Source: Actinobacteria bacterium UBA7524
GTDB lineage: Bacteria > Actinomycetota > Coriobacteriia > Anaerosomatales > UBA912
Direction of reading: 5' to 3'
NCBI GenBank assembly: GCA_002478275.1
Contig: DLMY01000030.1
Location: forward strand, 45,012 to 65,011
DNA: 20,000 nt
Positions 17,287 to 20,000 of this stretch are shown piece by piece. The notes beneath the pieces were generated by a model. That model was not told where the DNA came from and ran no database searches. It worked only from the letters and a program-made list of their open reading frames with translations. Numbering within the stretch: position 1 is the stretch's first letter; each line of letters opens with the position of its first letter. A program made the position numbers and the translations under genes.

Positions 17287-18380
17287 ATGCGATCGATCCG
17301 ATATCTTGCAGCGACATTGGCTACCACCCTGCTTGTGCTGCTTCTCGTTCCCGCATCCAAAGCATGCGCACTGGAGGTGTCCTCCTCCTCGATAGACCAT
17401 CTCGAGTCCCCGGACTTCGCAGTGCGGCTCTCGAGTAGCGATCCTACCGGCACCGTCGTCCTTTCGATCGGCGACAGACCGTTGGGTACGGTCAACGCCG
17501 TACCAGGGCAGCGTGTGGATTTCGGCAGAACCAAGCTGCGCCCGGGCAGGCATACCGCGGTCGCGCTTCTGCGGACCGCCGACGGAGTGAAGCGATCGAA
17601 GCCGTTCACGGTCCGGGTGTGGGGCAGACCGATGCCGGCGACCCTCGCGTCACCCACTCCGGGCTCGTACGCCAGTCGGTACGTCGCCGGTTTGATTCAG
17701 ACGGGAGCGGCCACCACCAGGGTGGAGGTCTACCTGAATGGACGCCTCATCAGGAATGAGGCAGTGATCGAGCAGTCCACGCAGCGATTGGGAACGCTCG
17801 AACTCGGGCCGGGATCGAACACATTCAAGCTCGTGGNNNNNNNNNNNNNNNNNNNNNNNNNNNNNNNNNNNNNNNNNNNNNNNNNNNNNNNNNNNNNNNN
17901 NNNNNNNNNNNNNNNNNNNNNNNNNNNNNNNNNNNNNCGAACACATTCAAGCTCGTGGCTCACAATCCCGTGGCCCGAACCGAGTCGACGTTCACCGTCA
18001 CCCGGCTCGACTTCCCGTGGCCGACGTGCATCGTCATCGACAAGTCCGAGTTCCGGCTCTACTGGGTCAAAGACGGACAACTGGTCAAGGTCTACCCTGT
18101 CGCGCATGGCAGGGTGAACGCTCGAACGCCATCGGCGATCTGGCGTATCGACGCCAAATACTACTCTGACCCGAGGGGGGTCTACGGACCCAGGAAGATG
18201 CGGCTGTTCAGGCAGACTTCCTCAGGATATGTCTACACCCGGTATCTGATCCACGGAACCAACCAGCCCTGGGTGATCGGCACCCAGGCATCGGCGGGCT
18301 GCATCCGCATGTACAACGCCGATGTCCTTGAGCTTTGGCCGCAGGTGCCGCTCGGTACGATGGTCCAGACGCGGGACTGA
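17287..18380 (+). CDS. Secreted YkuD-family L,D-transpeptidase with N-terminal beta-rich (Ig-like) domains; split in the ORF track by an assembly gap
   Basis: SD GAGGTG, signal peptide MRSIRYLAATLATTLLVLLLVPASKACA, and C-terminal IVIDKSEFRLY...YPVAHG...TP...IHGT...IGTQASAGCIRM. Removing the gap and one copy of the duplicated 21-mer gives a single 972-nt frame (323 aa). Confidence 0.88.
17837..17937. other. Assembly gap (101 N) flanked by an identical 21-bp sequence
   Basis: CGAACACATTCAAGCTCGTGG occurs at 17816-17836 and again at 17938-17958. Confidence 0.95.
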
Positions 18381-18461
18381 CGAGGAATCCGGCCTGTTCC
18401 GGCAGCTGAACGGGCATCGCGAAGTGCACTCACCGCTTGAGAGCCTCCATCATCCTTGCCG

Positions 18462-18556
18462 CGTAACCTCACGCTTCACTGGGGGTTGCGTGTCTCATAA
18501 GGTTTATGCAAAGATATAGTGTTCTGACGCTAGTCTAGATGTTGACTTGAGGGTTA
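18462..18556 (+). promoter_or_regulatory. Putative internal ftsZ promoter/operator region
   Basis: AT-rich patch in a 211-bp intergenic region. It contains -10-like TATAGT (18515-18520) without a clear -35, the inverted repeat CATAA-GGT-TTATG (18496-18508) and an imperfect dyad at 18462-18490. Confidence 0.4.
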
Positions 18557-18591
18557 TTCGAAGACCTCCAGTAGTCGAACGGGGAGGGACC

Positions 18592-19668
18592 ATGCTCGAG
18601 ACGGGCGCGAACTACCTGGCCGTTATAAAGGTCGTGGGTGTCGGCGGCGGTGGCACGAACGCGATCAACCGAATGGTCGAGGCCGGCATCAAAGGTGTCG
18701 AATTCATCGCGGTCAACACCGACGCACAGGCGCTTCTGATGTCGGACGCGGACTACAAGGTGCACATCGGCGTGAACCTCACCAAGGGGCTTGGCGCCGG
18801 CGCGGACCCCGACGTAGGCCTGCAGGCTGCCGAGGAGAGCCGTGGCGAGATCAAGGAAGCGCTGCAGGGCGCGGACATGGTCTTCATCACTGCCGGCGAG
18901 GGTGGCGGAACCGGTACGGGTGCTGCTCCGGTGATCGCAGAGATCGCCAAAGAAGAGATCGGCGCGCTGACCGTCGGTGTGGTGACCCGCCCGTTCGCGT
19001 TCGAAGGCCGCAAGCGTGCTGTACAGGCCGAGGACGGAGTCAAGCGACTTCGTGACATGGTGGACACACTGATCGTGATACCTAACGATCGCCTCCTTCA
19101 GGTGGCCGAGAAGAAGACATCGATACTCGATGCTTTCAGGATCGCTGACGACATCCTTCGCCAGGGTACCCAAGGCATCACTGACCTGATCACTGTGCCC
19201 GGACTCATCAACCTCGACTTCGCAGATGTGCGTACGATCATGCAGGATGCCGGGAGCGCGTTGATGGGCATCGGTGTCGCCGCGGGTGACAATCGCGCTC
19301 ACGATGCAGCCAAGGCTGCGATATCGAGCCCACTTCTCGAGAGCAGCATCGAGGGCGCGCAGGGAGTGCTCCTCTCGATCTCAGGCGGTAGCGATCTGGG
19401 CCTGTTCGAGGTCAACGAGGCCGCCGAGGTCGTGGCTGCGGCAGCTCATCCTGACGCCAACATCATCTTCGGTGCCGTCATCGATGACTCGATGATGGAT
19501 CAGATTCGCGTGACTGTGATCTCGACTGGATTCGAGGGCAGGCGTAAGCAGGAGACGATGCAGCTCGGTTCGGACGACGAGGACGTTTCGATGCCCGTGT
19601 TCGAGCCGATGGTGACAGCGGATGACGAGCTCGATATCCCGGCGTTTCTGAAGAAGAGGACGTTCTAG
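18592..19668 (+). CDS. ftsZ: Cell division GTPase FtsZ
   Basis: Motifs [34 protein letters not shown] and C-terminal peptide [18 protein letters not shown] precedes ATG 18592. Confidence 0.98.
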   Translation: MLETGANYLAVIKVVGVGGGGTNAINRMVEAGIKGVEFIAVNTDAQALLMSDADYKVHIGVNLTKGLGAGADPDVGLQAAEESRGEIKEALQGADMVFITAGEGGGTGTGAAPVIAEIAKEEIGALTVGVVTRPFAFEGRKRAVQAEDGVKRLRDMVDTLIVIPNDRLLQVAEKKTSILDAFRIADDILRQGTQGITDLITVPGLINLDFADVRTIMQDAGSALMGIGVAAGDNRAHDAAKAAISSPLLESSIEGAQGVLLSISGGSDLGLFEVNEAAEVVAAAAHPDANIIFGAVIDDSMMDQIRVTVISTGFEGRRKQETMQLGSDDEDVSMPVFEPMVTADDELDIPAFLKKRTF

Positions 19669-19679
19669 AGGGTCGAAAC

Positions 19680-19707
19680 ACCGCGTCTGCGCTCACGGAT
19701 GCGGTTT
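19680..19707 (+). terminator. Hairpin just after ftsZ, possible terminator
   Basis: ACCGCGTCTG / CGGATGCGGT forms a 10-bp stem with two G-U pairs, followed by a short T run. Confidence 0.4.
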
Positions 19708-19714
19708 GCGGAAT

Positions 19715-19758
19715 GGACCCGGGTGCGACGGCGGAGAGGCCCCGTCGCACCCGGGTCC
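19715..19758. terminator. Long perfect hairpin between convergent genes
   Basis: 17-bp perfect inverted repeat GGACCCGGGTGCGACGG (19715-19731) / CCGTCGCACCCGGGTCC (19742-19758). Confidence 0.6.
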
Positions 19759-19792
19759 GCCATTTCCCTGACGAACGGTGCGAGCAGGAGCA

Positions 19793-19821
19793 CAGGGCCC
19801 GGCGGTCACCGCCGGGCCCTG
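19793..19821. terminator. Perfect hairpin, likely terminator of the convergent minus-strand gene
   Basis: 13-bp inverted repeat CAGGGCCCGGCGG / CCGCCGGGCCCTG with a 3-nt loop. Confidence 0.55.
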
Positions 19822-19866
19822 CTGGTGTCGTACGACGCTGTCCGCTCGACGTGGTATCGCTGATCG

Positions 19867-20000
19867 CTACTCCTCGGGAGCGGCGGGTGGAGCGGGTGGG
19901 GCGGCCTCAGGTGCGGGAGGCGCTGGTGGTGCTGGTGGTGCAGGTGGGGTCGCCTTGGGCGCCGGTGCTGCCGGCGGTGCAGGTGGAGCCGGTGGTGCGG
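19867..20000 (-). CDS. 3' end of a convergent gene with a Pro/Ala-rich tail (partial)
   Basis: The minus strand reads APPAPPAPPAAPAPKATPPAPPAPPAPPAPEAAPPAPPAAPEE-TAG (stop 19869-19867). Synonymous codon variation among the APP repeats indicates coding sequence. Confidence 0.7.
   Translation of the reverse strand, partial: APPAPPAPPAAPAPKATPPAPPAPPAPPAPEAAPPAPPAAPEE

Noticed and set aside
17816..17958. 21-bp direct repeat interpreted as a CRISPR repeat, target-site duplication or programmed frameshift
   Set aside because: There are only two copies, exactly at the gap edges, and collapsing them restores the reading frame. No cas or transposase gene is in the window.
18290..18312. SAGC instead of SHGC in the L,D-transpeptidase motif
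   Set aside because: SxGC variants are common in the YkuD family, and the catalytic His (HGT) and Cys are retained.
19870..20000. GGTGGTGC-type short tandem repeats as a non-coding repeat element
   Set aside because: They are explained by Ala-Pro-Pro codons of a minus-strand gene.

Overview
This is a GC-rich bacterial window dominated by the division/cell-wall (dcw) operon on the + strand: mraZ-rsmH-ftsL-ftsI-murE-murF-mraY-murD-ftsW-murG-murC-murB-ftsQ-[L,D-transpeptidase]-ftsZ. There is no ftsA or ddl. The gene content suggests Actinomycetota, possibly Coriobacteriia, but this is inference only. Upstream lie the 3' end of an ABC permease, two small convergent overlapping membrane-protein ORFs, a DUF4349-type lipoprotein and a 43-aa single-TM ORF missed by the ORF track, which has its own promoter, Shine-Dalgarno and terminator-like hairpin. 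The mraZ promoter overlaps 10-bp-periodic MraZ-type boxes. Downstream of ftsZ are three hairpins and the Pro/Ala-rich tail of a convergent gene. Two N gaps fall inside rsmH and the L,D-transpeptidase. Most of the window is well-known housekeeping DNA, and I see no convincing new multi-gene system. The most unusual items are the YkuD-family L,D-transpeptidase embedded between ftsQ and ftsZ and the small protein divergent from the dcw promoter.
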